Positions 9,209 to 20,176 of a stretch of 64,000 nt of DNA are shown here, piece after piece. The position numbers and the translations under genes were made by a program. The stretch spans positions 3,136,001 through 3,200,000 of the forward strand of contig OY970192.1 in the NCBI GenBank assembly GCA_963708135.1, written 5' to 3'. Under the pieces are notes generated by a model. It was not told the DNA's origin. It ran no database searches and saw only the letters and a program-made list of their open reading frames with translations. The stretch's first letter is position 1. Each line of letters starts with the position of its first letter. This DNA is from an uncultured Gemmatimonadales bacterium. GTDB lineage: Bacteria; Gemmatimonadota; Gemmatimonadetes; Longimicrobiales; RSA9.

Positions 9209-12200
9209 CTACTGCATCACGATCGGACCGGCGGCGGCCGACTGGTTGAAGCGGGCGACGCGCTCCTTCGCCGCCTCGTAGCGGTTCGCGGCCTCCTGAA
9301 GCCGTCCGTCCAGCTCCTGGAAGGCCGCCAGCTGCTGCGTCGTCGGCGCGAAGTCGGACTCGGCCACCTGGCCGGCGAGGTAATCGAGCTGCCCGCCGAT
9401 GCGGACGGGCCAGCGCACGCCGTCCTGTCCCCGCCCGCTGAGCCGCAGGTCCTGCAGCAGTCCCTCCGCTGCTTCGAGCTGCCGCGCGAGGGAGTCCGCC
9501 GGCGCGGCCGGGCCGCCGGCGTCGCCATCCGTGGCGCGGGTGGCGCCCTCGGCCAGCGTCGCGTAGCGCGCGAGCTGCCGGCGGGCGGACTCGAGGGCGT
9601 TGTACATGCGCGCGGCGTGGTCCAGATCGGCCCGGATCTTCTCGAGCAGGGCCGTCTGCCGGGCGATCTCCTGCTCGGTGCCGAGCGAGTGGGGGTCCTT
9701 GCGCACCGTGAGGGGCTGCTCGAGCGTCTGTCCGGCCACGGCGAGCCGGACGGTGTAGCGGGCGGGCGGGGCGAGGATGGCGACATCGCCGAAGCCGGGC
9801 GCGGTGATCCCCTTTTCCGGGATCTCCATGGCGTCGTCGTAGAGCGGCGGGTTGAGCATCACGGCTCGGCTGGATGGGGTCTCGCGCAGGTTCCACCAGA
9901 CGCGGTTCAGCCCGGCCTTCGCCGGACCCTTCAGCGTGCGCACGACCTTGCCGGCGTCGTCGACGATGGCGATGCTCGCGCCCCGGTCCGCGGAGGCGGC
10001 GAGCCAGTAGGTCAGGCCCGCGCCGTACTCGGGGTTCTCGCCGGCGGTCGGGTCCTGGTTGTCGGCCATGTAGCTGGTGACCGGACGGAAGCGCCAGGCG
10101 TCGCGGGGGACGAAGAGGTGCACGGCGGCGGTGCGCGCGTCGGGGGTGAGCTGCTCGAGGGGCGAGATGTCGTCCAGGATCCAGAGCCCGCGGCCGTAGG
10201 TGGCGACGGCCAGGTCGTGGAAGTGCGGCTGGATGGTGAGGCCGTCGACGGGGGCGTGCGGCAGGTCGTTCTGGAGTGGCCGCCACTGGTCGCCGTCGTC
10301 GAAGGAGACGTAGAGGCCGTTCTCCGTGCCGAGGAAGAGGAGGCCACGCCGCACGGGGTCCTCGAGGACGACGTGGACGTAGCCGAGCGGGCCCGGCTCG
10401 ATGCCGGCCGTGATCTTCTTCCAGGTCTTCCCGAAGTCCGCGGTGCGGTAGACGTAGGTCCCGCGGTCGTCCTGCTGGTGGGCATCCACGGCGATAAACG
10501 CGGTGCCGGCGTCGAAGTGCGAGGGCGCGATGCTCGAGATCGTCCCCCACTCCGGGATGTCGGGGATGTTCTTCGTGACGTCGGCCCAGGTCTTCCCGGC
10601 ATCGCGCGTCAGGTGCAGCAGCCCGTCGTTGGTGCCGGCCCAGATGAGCCCGGCCTGCACGGGCGACTCCGCGATGCGGTAGATCACGCCCGCGTACTCG
10701 ACGCCGATGTTGTCCGGCGTGAGGCCGCCGGAGAGGCCCATGCGGGTGGTGTCGTCGCGCGTGAGGTCGGGGCTGATGATCTGCCAGCTCCTGCCGCCGT
10801 CCGTGCTCACGTGCAGGTACTGGCTGCCCGTGTAGATCCGGCTGTGGTCGTGCGGCGAGATCTCGAACGGCGCGTCCCAGACGAAGCGGTACTTCACCTC
10901 TTTCGCGGGATAGCCGCCCGTGCTGATCGGCCACACCTCGACGTTCTGGTACTGGCGGGCCTTGCGGCTGTAGCGGACGACGATGCCGCCGCGCGAGCCG
11001 GAGCCCGAGGCGGTGGACCAGATGATGTCGGGATCCACGGTGTCGGGGGTCGCCCAGCCGCTCTCGCCGCCGCCCACGCTGAACCAGTCGCCGCGCGGGA
11101 TGCGGCCGGGGCCGCGGAATCCGCCCGAGCGGCTGTCGCTCGGGCCGCACTGCGAGGGGCCGTCCTGCCGGTTGCCGCAGACGATGTAGGGCGTGCCGCC
11201 GCCGACCTCAACGTGGTACATCTGCCCGATCGGCAGCTGCACGCGCATCCAGCTCCGGCCGCGGTTCGTGGTGATGCCGAGCCCCTGGTCGTCCGCCACG
11301 ATCATGCGGTCCCCGTTGCCGGGGTCGATCCACATGTTGTGGTGGTCCCCGCCCGGCTGCTGGCTGCGCGGGATGTCCACGGTGTGCTCCCCGCCGTCCA
11401 GCGTCTTGCTGAAGGAGGCGGCCATGAAGTAGACCTCGTCCTCGTCATCCGGCGAGACCGCCAGCCGGTTGTAGTAGGCGGTGCGGCCGCCCAGCTGCCG
11501 ATCGTAGCTGACCACCTTCCAGCTGGCGCCGCCGTCGTCGCTGCGCCACAGCTCGCCGTTGTCCGTGGGCTGGGCGTTCCAGGGCACGCCATCCCCGGTC
11601 TCGATGAGGGCGTAGACGCGGCCCGGGTCCGTCTGCGCGACGCCGAGCCCGACCTTGCCGAAGGGCCGCTCGGGGAGGCCGTGGCCGGTGAGGCGCCTCC
11701 AGGTGGTGCCCCCGTCCGTGGACTTGAAGATGCCGCTGCCGGGGCCGCCGCTGTCGCGGCCCCACGTGTGAACCTGCACCTGCCAGGTGCCGGCATAGAG
11801 GACGTGCGGGTTGGTCGGGTCCATGACCAGGTCCGAGCAGCCGCTGTTCTCGTCCGAGAAGAGCACCCGCGTCCAGCTAGCGCCGCCATCGGTGGTGCGG
11901 TAGACGCCTCGCTCCTGCTGCGGGCCGTAGGCGGTGCCAAGCGCGCACGCGAACACGATGTCGGGGTTCGTGGGATCGATGACGACGCGCGAGATGCGGC
12001 CCGTCTTTTCCAGGCCCATGCGCTTCCAGGTCTTCCCCGCGTCCAGCGAGCGGTACATGCCCCAGCCGATCGAGATGTGGCTGCGGATGAACGGCTCGCC
12101 CGTGCCCGCCCACACGATGCTGAGATCGCTTGGCGCCACGGCCAGCGAGCCAATGGACTGCACCGGCTCGTCATCGAAGACCGGCGTCCAGGTGATCCCG

Positions 12201-12481
12201 CCGTCCGTGGTCTTCCACACGCCGCCGGAGGCCGCGCCCGCGTAGTAGGTCTCGGGGTCGCCAGGCACTCCGGCCACGGCATCCACGCGGTTGCCGACCG
12301 GGCCAATGTAGCGGTAGTGGAGCGGCGCGAAAGGCGACGTCTCCGCGCCCGACGCCGCCGCGGCCGCGGACCCCGCGGCCGGCGCCGCGCGCCGTTGCGC
12401 GCGAGCCGGAGACGCGGCCACGAGCAGTGCGAGCGGGAGCAGGATCGCGTGGCGAATCGGACGGATCCTCGACGAGCGCAT
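9209..12481 (-). CDS. Secreted BNR/Asp-box repeat beta-propeller protein (VPS10/sortilin-like, GH74-like)
   Basis: Signal peptide; YRYIGPVGNRV, GGVWKTTDGGITW, many S/T-x-D-x-G-x-T-W Asp-boxes, ATYGRGLWILDD; GAGGAGG RBS. Confidence 0.9.
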   Translation of the reverse strand: MRSSRIRPIRHAILLPLALLVAASPARAQRRAAPAAGSAAAAASGAETSPFAPLHYRYIGPVGNRVDAVAGVPGDPETYYAGAASGGVWKTTDGGITWTPVFDDEPVQSIGSLAVAPSDLSIVWAGTGEPFIRSHISIGWGMYRSLDAGKTWKRMGLEKTGRISRVVIDPTNPDIVFACALGTAYGPQQERGVYRTTDGGASWTRVLFSDENSGCSDLVMDPTNPHVLYAGTWQVQVHTWGRDSGGPGSGIFKSTDGGTTWRRLTGHGLPERPFGKVGLGVAQTDPGRVYALIETGDGVPWNAQPTDNGELWRSDDGGASWKVVSYDRQLGGRTAYYNRLAVSPDDEDEVYFMAASFSKTLDGGEHTVDIPRSQQPGGDHHNMWIDPGNGDRMIVADDQGLGITTNRGRSWMRVQLPIGQMYHVEVGGGTPYIVCGNRQDGPSQCGPSDSRSGGFRGPGRIPRGDWFSVGGGESGWATPDTVDPDIIWSTASGSGSRGGIVVRYSRKARQYQNVEVWPISTGGYPAKEVKYRFVWDAPFEISPHDHSRIYTGSQYLHVSTDGGRSWQIISPDLTRDDTTRMGLSGGLTPDNIGVEYAGVIYRIAESPVQAGLIWAGTNDGLLHLTRDAGKTWADVTKNIPDIPEWGTISSIAPSHFDAGTAFIAVDAHQQDDRGTYVYRTADFGKTWKKITAGIEPGPLGYVHVVLEDPVRRGLLFLGTENGLYVSFDDGDQWRPLQNDLPHAPVDGLTIQPHFHDLAVATYGRGLWILDDISPLEQLTPDARTAAVHLFVPRDAWRFRPVTSYMADNQDPTAGENPEYGAGLTYWLAASADRGASIAIVDDAGKVVRTLKGPAKAGLNRVWWNLRETPSSRAVMLNPPLYDDAMEIPEKGITAPGFGDVAILAPPARYTVRLAVAGQTLEQPLTVRKDPHSLGTEQEIARQTALLEKIRADLDHAARMYNALESARRQLARYATLAEGATRATDGDAGGPAAPADSLARQLEAAEGLLQDLRLSGRGQDGVRWPVRIGGQLDYLAGQVAESDFAPTTQQLAAFQELDGRLQEAANRYEAAKERVARFNQSAAAGPIVMQ

Positions 12482-12721
12482 CGGGAACCTCCTCGAGCCT
12501 GTGCGGGTTGCCAGGGGACGGCGTGTCGTGCTTGCGGCGGAGGGACTCCGGCATCTTCCTGCAAGGGGGCGCGGCGCGCAAGAGGCCGGCGCCCGGTGGA
12601 CCTTTCCGGTTGCCGGCCCGGTATATGCCAGACCGCCGCGCCGGGCGGGCCAGGCGACGCACCGCCCGGCTCACCCGGCGTCGCTGCGGAACCGCGCCCG
12701 ATCCGATCCTCCGGAGGACCC

Positions 12722-14524
12722 GTGCCCGACAGGACCCACACCCTCACCGCCAGTGCGCGCCGCCCGCGGCGCGGCGCCCTCGCACGCAGCGTCGGGGCGC
12801 TGCTCCCCGCCGTCGCGGCGCTCACCACCGCCTGCGCGAGCGCCGACAACGGCACGGGCGTCATGCCGCCGCCGGAGGCGGGCTCCCCGTGCGCCGGCGG
12901 CGCCTCCGTCCAGCTCGGTCCGCTCCAGGGCGCGCGGCTCGACTGCAGCACGGGCACGACGGTCACCCTGCCGGGCGGCGGCGCCACCTACCTGGTGGTG
13001 CCGAACCTGGCCGTCGGCGATGTGGCCAACCGCTCGACCGCCTACACCATCGGCGCGACCGGCGTCGGCGTCACGACGGCGCGCGTGCCGGCGCCGCGGC
13101 CGCCGATCGCCGCCGACCTCGCGCCGGGCGCGACCGAGTTCTCGGGCCCGGTCGGCCCCGGGGCGGCGCAGCGCCGCTTCGACGCCGAGCTGCGGGCGCT
13201 CCCGCTGCACCGGTCCGCGGCTCCGGCCGGGGCCGCCACGGTGCGCGCCGACGTCCAGGCGAGCCCGCCGCCGACGCTCGGCAGCATCAGAGAGTTCCAT
13301 GTGATCTCGACCCTCAGCTCCACGTCCGTCAGCTTCAAGGCCGTGGAGGCGCGGCTCGCCTACATCGGCACGAACATCCTGATCTACGAGGACACGCTGG
13401 CGCCGCCCGGCGGCTTCACGCAGACGCAGTTCTCCGAGTTCGGGAAGACCTTCGACCAGGTGCTCTATCCGATCGACGTGAACGCCTTCGGCCCGCCGTC
13501 GGACACGGACGCCAACGCACGCCTCATCATGCTGCTGACGCCGGTGGTGAACGGCCTCACGTCGTCGTCGAGCTGCGCCTCCCAGGGGTACGTGGCCGGG
13601 TTCTTCACGGGCAACGACCTGGTCAACAGCGACACCACCTCGAACCAGGGCGAGATCTTCTACGCGCTGGTGCCGGACCCGAGCGCCACGGTCAGCTGCA
13701 CGCACACCGTGGACGACGTCACGAGCGGCCTCGGGCCGACGTTCCTGCACGAGGTGCAGCACATGATCAACTTTTCGCAGCACGTGCTGGTGCATCACGG
13801 CAGTGCCGAGGACGGCTGGCTGGACGAGGGGCTCAGCCTCATGGCCGAGGAGCTCGGCGCCCGGTACTACGAGGACAGGTTCCCGCCGCCGTCCGGGCGC
13901 TCGAACCCCGACCAGATCTTCCCCGACTCGGCCGAGGCCTTCATCGGCAAGCTGCTGGTCACCTCGTACGACTACCTGCTCTCGCCGGACACGACGAGCA
14001 CCACGCTCCACACCGACGACCAGATCGGCCTCGCCTGGCGCGCCGGCGACTGGCTGCTGCTCCACTGGCTCGGCGACCGGAACGGCGGCGCGCCGTTCTA
14101 CCACGCGCTGGAGGAGACGTCGAGGACCGGCATCGCCAACATCGAGGCCGCCGCGGGCCAGCCGTTCACGACCCTCTTCGGCGACTTCGGCGCCGCCCTC
14201 TACACCGACAGCCTGCCCGGCGTGGCGCGCACCGACATCCCGCCCGAGTTCCGCTTTACCACGCGCAACCTGCGGCAGCTCTATGGCCGCCTCTTCGCCA
14301 TCGCCGGGCCCAGCGCGAGCGTGCCGTACGAGTTCCCGATCCTGCCGCGGCCGCTCCCGGCCACGGGCACCATCAGCGCCTCGCTCGTGCCCGGCTCGAT
14401 GGACTACTACACGGTCAACAGCGCCACCTCGGCCGACAGCGTGGTGATCACCTTCAGCGCGCCCGGCGGCGCGCCGCTTTCGGCGAGCGTGAAGCCGCAG
14501 CTCACGGTGTTCCGGCTGCCGTAG
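12722..14524 (+). CDS. Zinc metallopeptidase lipoprotein (M30/hyicolysin-like)
   Basis: GTG after GGAGG; lipobox LTTAC; FGPPSDTD, GYVAGFF, SNQGEIFY, HEVQH (HExxH), WLDEGLS. The ORF-track start at 9143 is a shadow of the antisense gene. Confidence 0.8.
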   Translation: MPDRTHTLTASARRPRRGALARSVGALLPAVAALTTACASADNGTGVMPPPEAGSPCAGGASVQLGPLQGARLDCSTGTTVTLPGGGATYLVVPNLAVGDVANRSTAYTIGATGVGVTTARVPAPRPPIAADLAPGATEFSGPVGPGAAQRRFDAELRALPLHRSAAPAGAATVRADVQASPPPTLGSIREFHVISTLSSTSVSFKAVEARLAYIGTNILIYEDTLAPPGGFTQTQFSEFGKTFDQVLYPIDVNAFGPPSDTDANARLIMLLTPVVNGLTSSSSCASQGYVAGFFTGNDLVNSDTTSNQGEIFYALVPDPSATVSCTHTVDDVTSGLGPTFLHEVQHMINFSQHVLVHHGSAEDGWLDEGLSLMAEELGARYYEDRFPPPSGRSNPDQIFPDSAEAFIGKLLVTSYDYLLSPDTTSTTLHTDDQIGLAWRAGDWLLLHWLGDRNGGAPFYHALEETSRTGIANIEAAAGQPFTTLFGDFGAALYTDSLPGVARTDIPPEFRFTTRNLRQLYGRLFAIAGPSASVPYEFPILPRPLPATGTISASLVPGSMDYYTVNSATSADSVVITFSAPGGAPLSASVKPQLTVFRLP

Positions 14525-14559
14525 GAGCGGGGGCTCGGCACTCGGGCGGCAGGTGAGCG

Positions 14560-14599
14560 CGCGAGAGGGCCCGGCGGGATCCCGTCGGGCCCTCTCGCG
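14560..14599. terminator. Long hairpin between convergent genes, likely bidirectional terminator
   Basis: cgcgagagggcccggcggg-at-cccgtcgggccctctcgcg, near-perfect inverted repeat. Confidence 0.7.
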
Positions 14600-14625
14600 T
14601 CGTGACGCGCCGGGCTGGCCGTCGC

Positions 14626-16374
14626 TCAGAAGGTGATGCTCTTCGGGTCCGAGCAGACCTGGGTGCCGGCCTCGCAGACCTTGTAGGTATCGGTCCACGT
14701 GCCCCGCATGTTCTTGCCGATCTTGTCGCTGTACTGGCCGTCGTTCGGCGTCGTCGCGATCAGCTGGAAGTCAACGGTGCCGCCGGGCTCGTCGCGGTAG
14801 ACGTCGATGGAGGCGGCGGACGAGCCGCTCCACGAGAGGTTGGCCGTCGTCCACGCGCCGTGGCTGCCATCGCTCACCGTCAGCGTGATGACCGTGGGCG
14901 GCGGCGTGCCGGGGCTCGTCACGGTGACGTCGTGGCTCGTCGTCGTCGAGGACGCGCCGTCATCGTCGGTGACCATCAGCGTGACGGTGTAGGTGTTCGC
15001 GCTCCCGTACGTGTGGGACGGGCTCTGCGCGCCCGAGCTCGTCCCGTCGCCGAAGTCCCAGCTCCAGGCGGTGACCGTCCCGTCGCTGTCGCTGCTCCAA
15101 TCGGTGAACTGGCAGGAGAGGTCGGCGCAGCTCGCGCCGAAGTCGGCGTTCGGCGGCTGGTTGGTCGGCGGCGGCGTGGAGCCCCAGCCGGCGGGCGGCG
15201 TGTAGAGCAGGTCGCCGTTGGCGCTGTTCAATGCGCCGACGATCCCCTTGTCCGTGGCGGCGTAGAGCGCGTCGCGCACCTGCTTCGGCATGGCGCTCGG
15301 ATTCGCCTGGAGGTAGAGGGCCGCGACGCCGGTGGTGTGCGGCGTCGCCATGGAGGTGCCACTGATCGTGTTGATCCTCGCGCCCGGCCAGTCGGAGGTG
15401 ATGTTCACGCCGGGCGCGAACCAGTCCACGCAGCTGCCGTAGTTGGACCAGTAGGGCCGCTGGTCGTTGGAGCCCGTGGCGCCGATGGTCATGGCGTCGG
15501 GCGCGTCGGCGGGGGAATAGTAGCAGGCGTCCCAACCCGCGTTGCCGGCGGCCACGGCGTAGGCGACGCCGTCGGCGATCGAGGCCTCGACGGCCTGGTC
15601 AACCGCCGAGCTCGAGCTGCCGCCGAGGCTCATGTTCGCGACCGCGGGGCTCCCCGCCCGGTGATCGCCCGTGACCCAGTCCACGCCCGCGACGACGCCC
15701 GCGAAGGAGCCGTTGCCGCTGCAGTCCAGCACGCGCACCGCCACGAGGCTCACGCCCTTGGCCACGCCGTACTTCGTGCCGCCGACCGTGCCGGAGACGT
15801 GCGTGCCGTGCCCGTCGCAGTCGAAGCCGTCGCGCCCATCCCCGATCTCGTCCACCCCGATGCGGGCCCGGCCGCCGAAGTCGGGGTGCGCGATGTCGAT
15901 GCCGGTGTCGATGATGTAGGCGGTCACGCCCGCGCCGTTCTCGTTCCAGGAGTACGTGCCGTCGAGTCCAGCGCGCTGGTCGATGCGGTCGATGCCCCAG
16001 GTGGCGCCGGTCTCCGTCCCGGACGCCGTGGCCACCTGGTCCTGCTCGACGTAGGCCACGTTCGGGTTGTTGCGGAGCGCCGCCGCGGCCTGCGCCGAGA
16101 GGTGGGCGGAGAAGCCCTGGAGCGCATGCTGGTAGAGGAAGCCGAGCGTCCCGCCGCGCGCGGCCGTGAGCTGTCGGGCGAGGCCGGCCACGTCGCGCAC
16201 GCCCGGGCGGAAGACGACGATGTAGTCGTCGGGGATCAGCCGCGCCGCAGCGCTCGCGGCGCCGACGGCCGCCCGCGGCGCACGCGTCGTCGCCGGCGCG
16301 AGCGGACCGGGAGCCTCCTGGCACGCCCCGAGCGCCATGGCGAGCGCGAGCGCGAGCGGCGGAATCCTCCGCAT
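14626..16374 (-). CDS. S8 subtilase (aqualysin/proteinase K type) with I9 propeptide and PKD domain
   Basis: Lipobox LGAC; YIVVF...[34 protein letters not shown] triad; WSWDFGDG and HTY PKD motifs. Confidence 0.95.
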   Translation of the reverse strand: MRRIPPLALALAMALGACQEAPGPLAPATTRAPRAAVGAASAAARLIPDDYIVVFRPGVRDVAGLARQLTAARGGTLGFLYQHALQGFSAHLSAQAAAALRNNPNVAYVEQDQVATASGTETGATWGIDRIDQRAGLDGTYSWNENGAGVTAYIIDTGIDIAHPDFGGRARIGVDEIGDGRDGFDCDGHGTHVSGTVGGTKYGVAKGVSLVAVRVLDCSGNGSFAGVVAGVDWVTGDHRAGSPAVANMSLGGSSSSAVDQAVEASIADGVAYAVAAGNAGWDACYYSPADAPDAMTIGATGSNDQRPYWSNYGSCVDWFAPGVNITSDWPGARINTISGTSMATPHTTGVAALYLQANPSAMPKQVRDALYAATDKGIVGALNSANGDLLYTPPAGWGSTPPPTNQPPNADFGASCADLSCQFTDWSSDSDGTVTAWSWDFGDGTSSGAQSPSHTYGSANTYTVTLMVTDDDGASSTTTSHDVTVTSPGTPPPTVITLTVSDGSHGAWTTANLSWSGSSAASIDVYRDEPGGTVDFQLIATTPNDGQYSDKIGKNMRGTWTDTYKVCEAGTQVCSDPKSITF

Positions 16375-16660
16375 GGGGACCTCCTGAATGGGCTGGATTG
16401 CAGGCTGGGCAGCGCTGCTGTATGGCGCGCGACAGGCCATGAGTCAAGGGTTACGGCGTTCGCGGCGCTTGACTCGCCCCCGCTGGCGACCCATAGTGCG
16501 AGAGATGGCATTCCCGCCGACGCAGCTCCAGGCACTCATCCGCGCTGGATCCGAACGACCCTGCTGGCCGCCTGCCTCGCCTCCGGTGGCACCCGGCCCG
16601 CCCCCGCTACCCCCGCGGCGATCTTCGACCGCCGCGGAGACCTCGAGAGGAGCAGAGATC

Positions 16661-17308
16661 ATGGCACTCGAGATCGCGAGCCGCGGCACCGCGGCGCAGC
16701 AGGCCCAGTACCGAGCGGGCGTCCAGGCCGTACTTTCCATCATCCGCACCCGGGCCGTGGGAAGCATCCTGCTACGGCACCTGGAGAGCGCGCCGCGGCT
16801 CGTCCGCATCGTGCCGTACGGCGCCGCCGACGTTCACGACATGGGGCAGAACGCCTACGCCGACCCCCTCAACCCGGCCGGCGCCGATCGACATGGCAGG
16901 AGGGCGGGCGGCGGCAGCGTCAGCGAGGTGCATTTCAGCCCGAGCCTGTGGGCGCGGGACCGGAGGGTGCAGTCCACGCCGGACGAGGTCCTGCTGCACG
17001 AGCTCTGTCACGCCTACCGCCAGATCAACGGGCTGCAGCGTCAGGCTCACATCGCGTCGTTCGAGAACGTCGAAGAGTACTTCGCCGCTCTGGTGGCCTC
17101 CGTCTACTCATCCGAGAACAACCGTCCTCCGCTGGGCAACCACGGATTCTGGACGCTGCGTGATCCAGCCGTCCTGGGGCAGCCGCCCTATTCCACCTGG
17201 CTCGACCGCTTTCGTGCCACCATGCCGGGGCTCACGCGAGAGCTGGGGCAGATCCCGGCCAACCGGGTCCGCTTCAATCCGTTCCGCGACATCGGCGTGC
17301 ACGCCTGA
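16661..17308 (+). CDS. Putative zinc metallopeptidase (M91/NleD-like)
   Basis: GAGGAG RBS; DEVLLHELCHAYRQ (HExxH), then NVEE and SSEN; no signal peptide. Confidence 0.6.
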   Translation: MALEIASRGTAAQQAQYRAGVQAVLSIIRTRAVGSILLRHLESAPRLVRIVPYGAADVHDMGQNAYADPLNPAGADRHGRRAGGGSVSEVHFSPSLWARDRRVQSTPDEVLLHELCHAYRQINGLQRQAHIASFENVEEYFAALVASVYSSENNRPPLGNHGFWTLRDPAVLGQPPYSTWLDRFRATMPGLTRELGQIPANRVRFNPFRDIGVHA

Positions 17309-17362
17309 TCCGACGCGCAACAGCTCGATCCGCCGGTTCTTCGCTCGCCCGGCCTCCGCCGC

Positions 17363-17920
17363 CTACTCCACCTCGTGCCGCACATCGACCTCGACGCCGC
17401 GGCGCAGCGTGTCGAGGTTGACGCAGCTCCGCTCCGCGGCCACGAGGAGCCGCCCGACCAGCTCCGGATCGGTTCCCTCGCGGGGCTTCACCCGGATCCG
17501 GCAGCGCATCCCCTGGAAGCCGACGCGGACGTCATCGGAGACGCGAAGCGTGCCGCGGACATCGACGTCGCCCGTGACATCCACGGAAAGCGCCTCGAGC
17601 GCGACGCCGTGGCGGTTCGCGATCATGCGGATCACGTTGTCCATGCAGGCGGCGAGGGCCATGCACAGCAGATCGCCGGGGTTCGGCGCGTCGTGCAGCC
17701 CGGCCACCGCGCTGTGGATCCCGAGCGTCCACCGGACGCCGTAGTCCTGACTGCCCGGCACGGCCCAGACGTGGAGCGGATCCGCGAGCTCGCCCTCGAC
17801 GGTGCGGCCGCGGTCGGTGATCCGGGCCTCCTCCGGCGCCGTGCGGTAGCGCTCGCGCAGCGGGTCCTGGCGGGCGCGGACGTCGACCGGCGGGTTGTGC
17901 GTATCCGTGCGGCTGGCCAT
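17363..17920 (-). CDS. OsmC/Ohr family protein
   Basis: GGAGGAGG RBS; PNPGDLLCMALAAC, GDVDVRG, AERSCVNLDTL. Confidence 0.88.
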   Translation of the reverse strand: MASRTDTHNPPVDVRARQDPLRERYRTAPEEARITDRGRTVEGELADPLHVWAVPGSQDYGVRWTLGIHSAVAGLHDAPNPGDLLCMALAACMDNVIRMIANRHGVALEALSVDVTGDVDVRGTLRVSDDVRVGFQGMRCRIRVKPREGTDPELVGRLLVAAERSCVNLDTLRRGVEVDVRHEVE

Positions 17921-18132
17921 GCTTCCTCCTCCTCCGTCAATGTGACGCGCGGGCGCGCTCCGGGGTCCCGCGCGGAAGCGGGCCCGGCGCGCGAGTGGCC
18001 CGACGTCGCCTCGCGCGCCGCTCCCCGGAGCTCAAGCTCCGCAGGCGACGGCGCCCGGGCCATGATCCGGGCTCCGCCATTCCTGACCGGGGCTCCACGA
18101 TCCCGGCGGGGCGCGGCCCTGGAGGTGCGCCG

Positions 18133-19170
18133 ATGGACCCTCTCTCCAATGTGCTGCGCGTCACGCGGCTGACGAGCGCCCTCTTCTTCACCGCCCGGCT
18201 GCGCGGGCCCTGGGCCGTGGCCTCGCCTCCGACGGCCGAGCTCGGCCGGCTCCTCCGGCTCCGCACGGAGTGCATCTCTCTCTTCCACGTCGTCGCCGAG
18301 GGACGCTGCCACATCGGGCTCGACCATGGCGCGCCCGTCGAGGTGGGGGCGGGCAGCATCGTGCTGTTTCCGCACGGCAGCGCGCACTTCATGGCCAGCC
18401 AGCCCGGGCTGGCGCCGCGTCCCGTGGCCGGGCTGCTCGCGCGGCTGCCGCTGGAGGACGTGCCGCACGTCGAGCACGGGCGGGACGGCCCGGCCACCCG
18501 CCTCGTGTGCGGCTACCTCGAGTGCGAGCAGCGCTTCGCCCCGCTCATGGGCGCGCTGCCCGAGATGCTGCTGGTGCGGGCGAGCGGCAAGATGCTGGGC
18601 GGCGGACCCGCGGCCGAGCCGCTGGACGGCGCCGGCGGCCGGGCCGAGGGCGAGGTGTGGCTGCGGGCGATGCTGGAGCACACGGTGCGCGAAGCCGGCG
18701 CGGACCGGCCTGGCGCCCCCGCGATGCTGGCGCGCCTCACGGAGCTGCTCTTCGTGGCGATCCTGCGGCGGGTGATGGAGCGGCTGCCCGCGCACGGCAC
18801 CGGCTGGCTCGCGGCCGTGCGGGATCCCGACGTCGGGCGCGCGCTCCGGCTCATGCACGCCGCGCCCGAACGTGCGTGGACGGTCGAGGCGCTGGCCCGC
18901 GAGGCCCACCTGTCCCGCTCCGCGCTCGCCCAGCGCTTCAGCGCGCTCGTCGGGGAGTCGCCGATGCGGTACCTGACCACCTGGCGCATGCTGGTGGCGC
19001 GGCGGCTTCTGCGCGAGCGTCGCCTGAGCACGGCGCAGGTCGCGCGGCGGGTGGGCTACGGGTCCGAGGTCGCCTTCCAGCGCGCCTTCAAGCGCGTGGT
19101 CGGCGCGACGCCCGCCGCCTGGCGCCGCGCTCAGGCGCCGGCGCCGAGCGAGGTCGGGGCGCGGAGGTAG
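18133..19170 (+). CDS. AraC family transcriptional regulator (cupin_6 + HTH), divergent from OsmC
   Basis: MDPLSNVLR, LVCGY, WTVEALAREAHLSRSALAQRF, VGYGSEVAFQRAFKR. Confidence 0.93.
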   Translation: MDPLSNVLRVTRLTSALFFTARLRGPWAVASPPTAELGRLLRLRTECISLFHVVAEGRCHIGLDHGAPVEVGAGSIVLFPHGSAHFMASQPGLAPRPVAGLLARLPLEDVPHVEHGRDGPATRLVCGYLECEQRFAPLMGALPEMLLVRASGKMLGGGPAAEPLDGAGGRAEGEVWLRAMLEHTVREAGADRPGAPAMLARLTELLFVAILRRVMERLPAHGTGWLAAVRDPDVGRALRLMHAAPERAWTVEALAREAHLSRSALAQRFSALVGESPMRYLTTWRMLVARRLLRERRLSTAQVARRVGYGSEVAFQRAFKRVVGATPAAWRRAQAPAPSEVGARR

Positions 19171-19443
19171 CCGCCGCCGCAGGCGCCGAACGCCGCCGAG
19201 CCCGTGGCCCGGCCCTCCGGCCGGAGACAACGGTCGGACGCCCCGGGGTTATCTCGGGCGGGCCGCAGCGCAATCGCAGGGATTCCCGCACCGAGCTACA
19301 CGTTTGCGCAGCCCGGACGAGGTCGCGCGATAGCTAGCCGGGCCGCGAGCGCTCCATGAATGTGTGCGGCGGCGGTCGTGAACTCCCCAGCCGTACCCCG
19401 GCGCAGAGGCGGTTCCCACGGGCCGGAACTCCATGGCAATGGT

Positions 19444-19513
19444 TGGGGACTTTGCCGCGCTATTCGCCGTCAAGTCCCCACGCGTTGATTTCACGGCCGA
19501 CGCGTGGGGACTT
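19444..19513. repeat. Three alternating inverted-repeat arms (REP/BIME-like cluster)
   Basis: tggggactt (19444) / aagtccccacgcgt (19472) / acgcgtggggactt (19500). Confidence 0.75.
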
Positions 19514-19580
19514 TCCTGCCCCGCGGACGGAGGCATGAAGGCGGCGCCGCAGGGCGCGGCGGCGCGAGTCGAGGGCACTT

Positions 19581-20024
19581 CTAGCCGGCGGTCGCGTCCT
19601 CGATGTGCTGGCTCATCATCCACTGCTGGCCGAACGGGTCGCGCAGCCGACCGGCGCGGTCGCCGTAGAACTGGTCCTCGAGCGGGTAGACCACCTCGGC
19701 GCCCGCCTCGACGGCACGGTTCCAGACCGCGTCCACGTCCTCCCAGTACGTGGCCATGATCGCGCTGACCCGGCCGCCGAGCGAGGGCGGCGCGGCCATG
19801 GGCGTGGGATCGGGGCCGACGCCCTCCTCGGTGATGAACACGACGGAGTCGCCGATGCGCAGCTCCGCGTGGATCAGCTGCCCATCGGGGGCGGCGAAGC
19901 GCTCGCCGAGCTCTTCGGCGCCGAACGCGCGGCGGTAAAACTCGATCGCCGCCGCGCCATCGCGCACGACGAGCCGGGGGGTGACTGTGTGCAGGTGCGC
20001 CGGGATCGGACGTTGGGAAGCCAT
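19581..20024 (-). CDS. VOC/glyoxalase family protein (PhnB-like)
   Basis: HTVTPRLVVRDGAAAIEFYRRAFGA, HAELRIGDS, DQFYGDRAGRLRDPFG. Confidence 0.92.
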   Translation of the reverse strand: MASQRPIPAHLHTVTPRLVVRDGAAAIEFYRRAFGAEELGERFAAPDGQLIHAELRIGDSVVFITEEGVGPDPTPMAAPPSLGGRVSAIMATYWEDVDAVWNRAVEAGAEVVYPLEDQFYGDRAGRLRDPFGQQWMMSQHIEDATAG

Positions 20025-20176
20025 GGAGGCATAGTGCGGCGGGCGGCGCGGCGGTGCAAGCGTCGCACGCGGGAAGCCGCCGGGCAAGCGGCGCGCCCTC
20101 ACCGGACCCGTCATCCGGGTTCGTCGAGCGCGACGAGCGAGATCCCGTACGCGCCGGGGTCGCGGAACGCGGCGAG

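Noticed and set aside
9143..12721. N-terminal ~1190 aa of the 1793-aa ORF
   Set aside because: It is a shadow of the BNR protein gene; the real gene starts near 12722.
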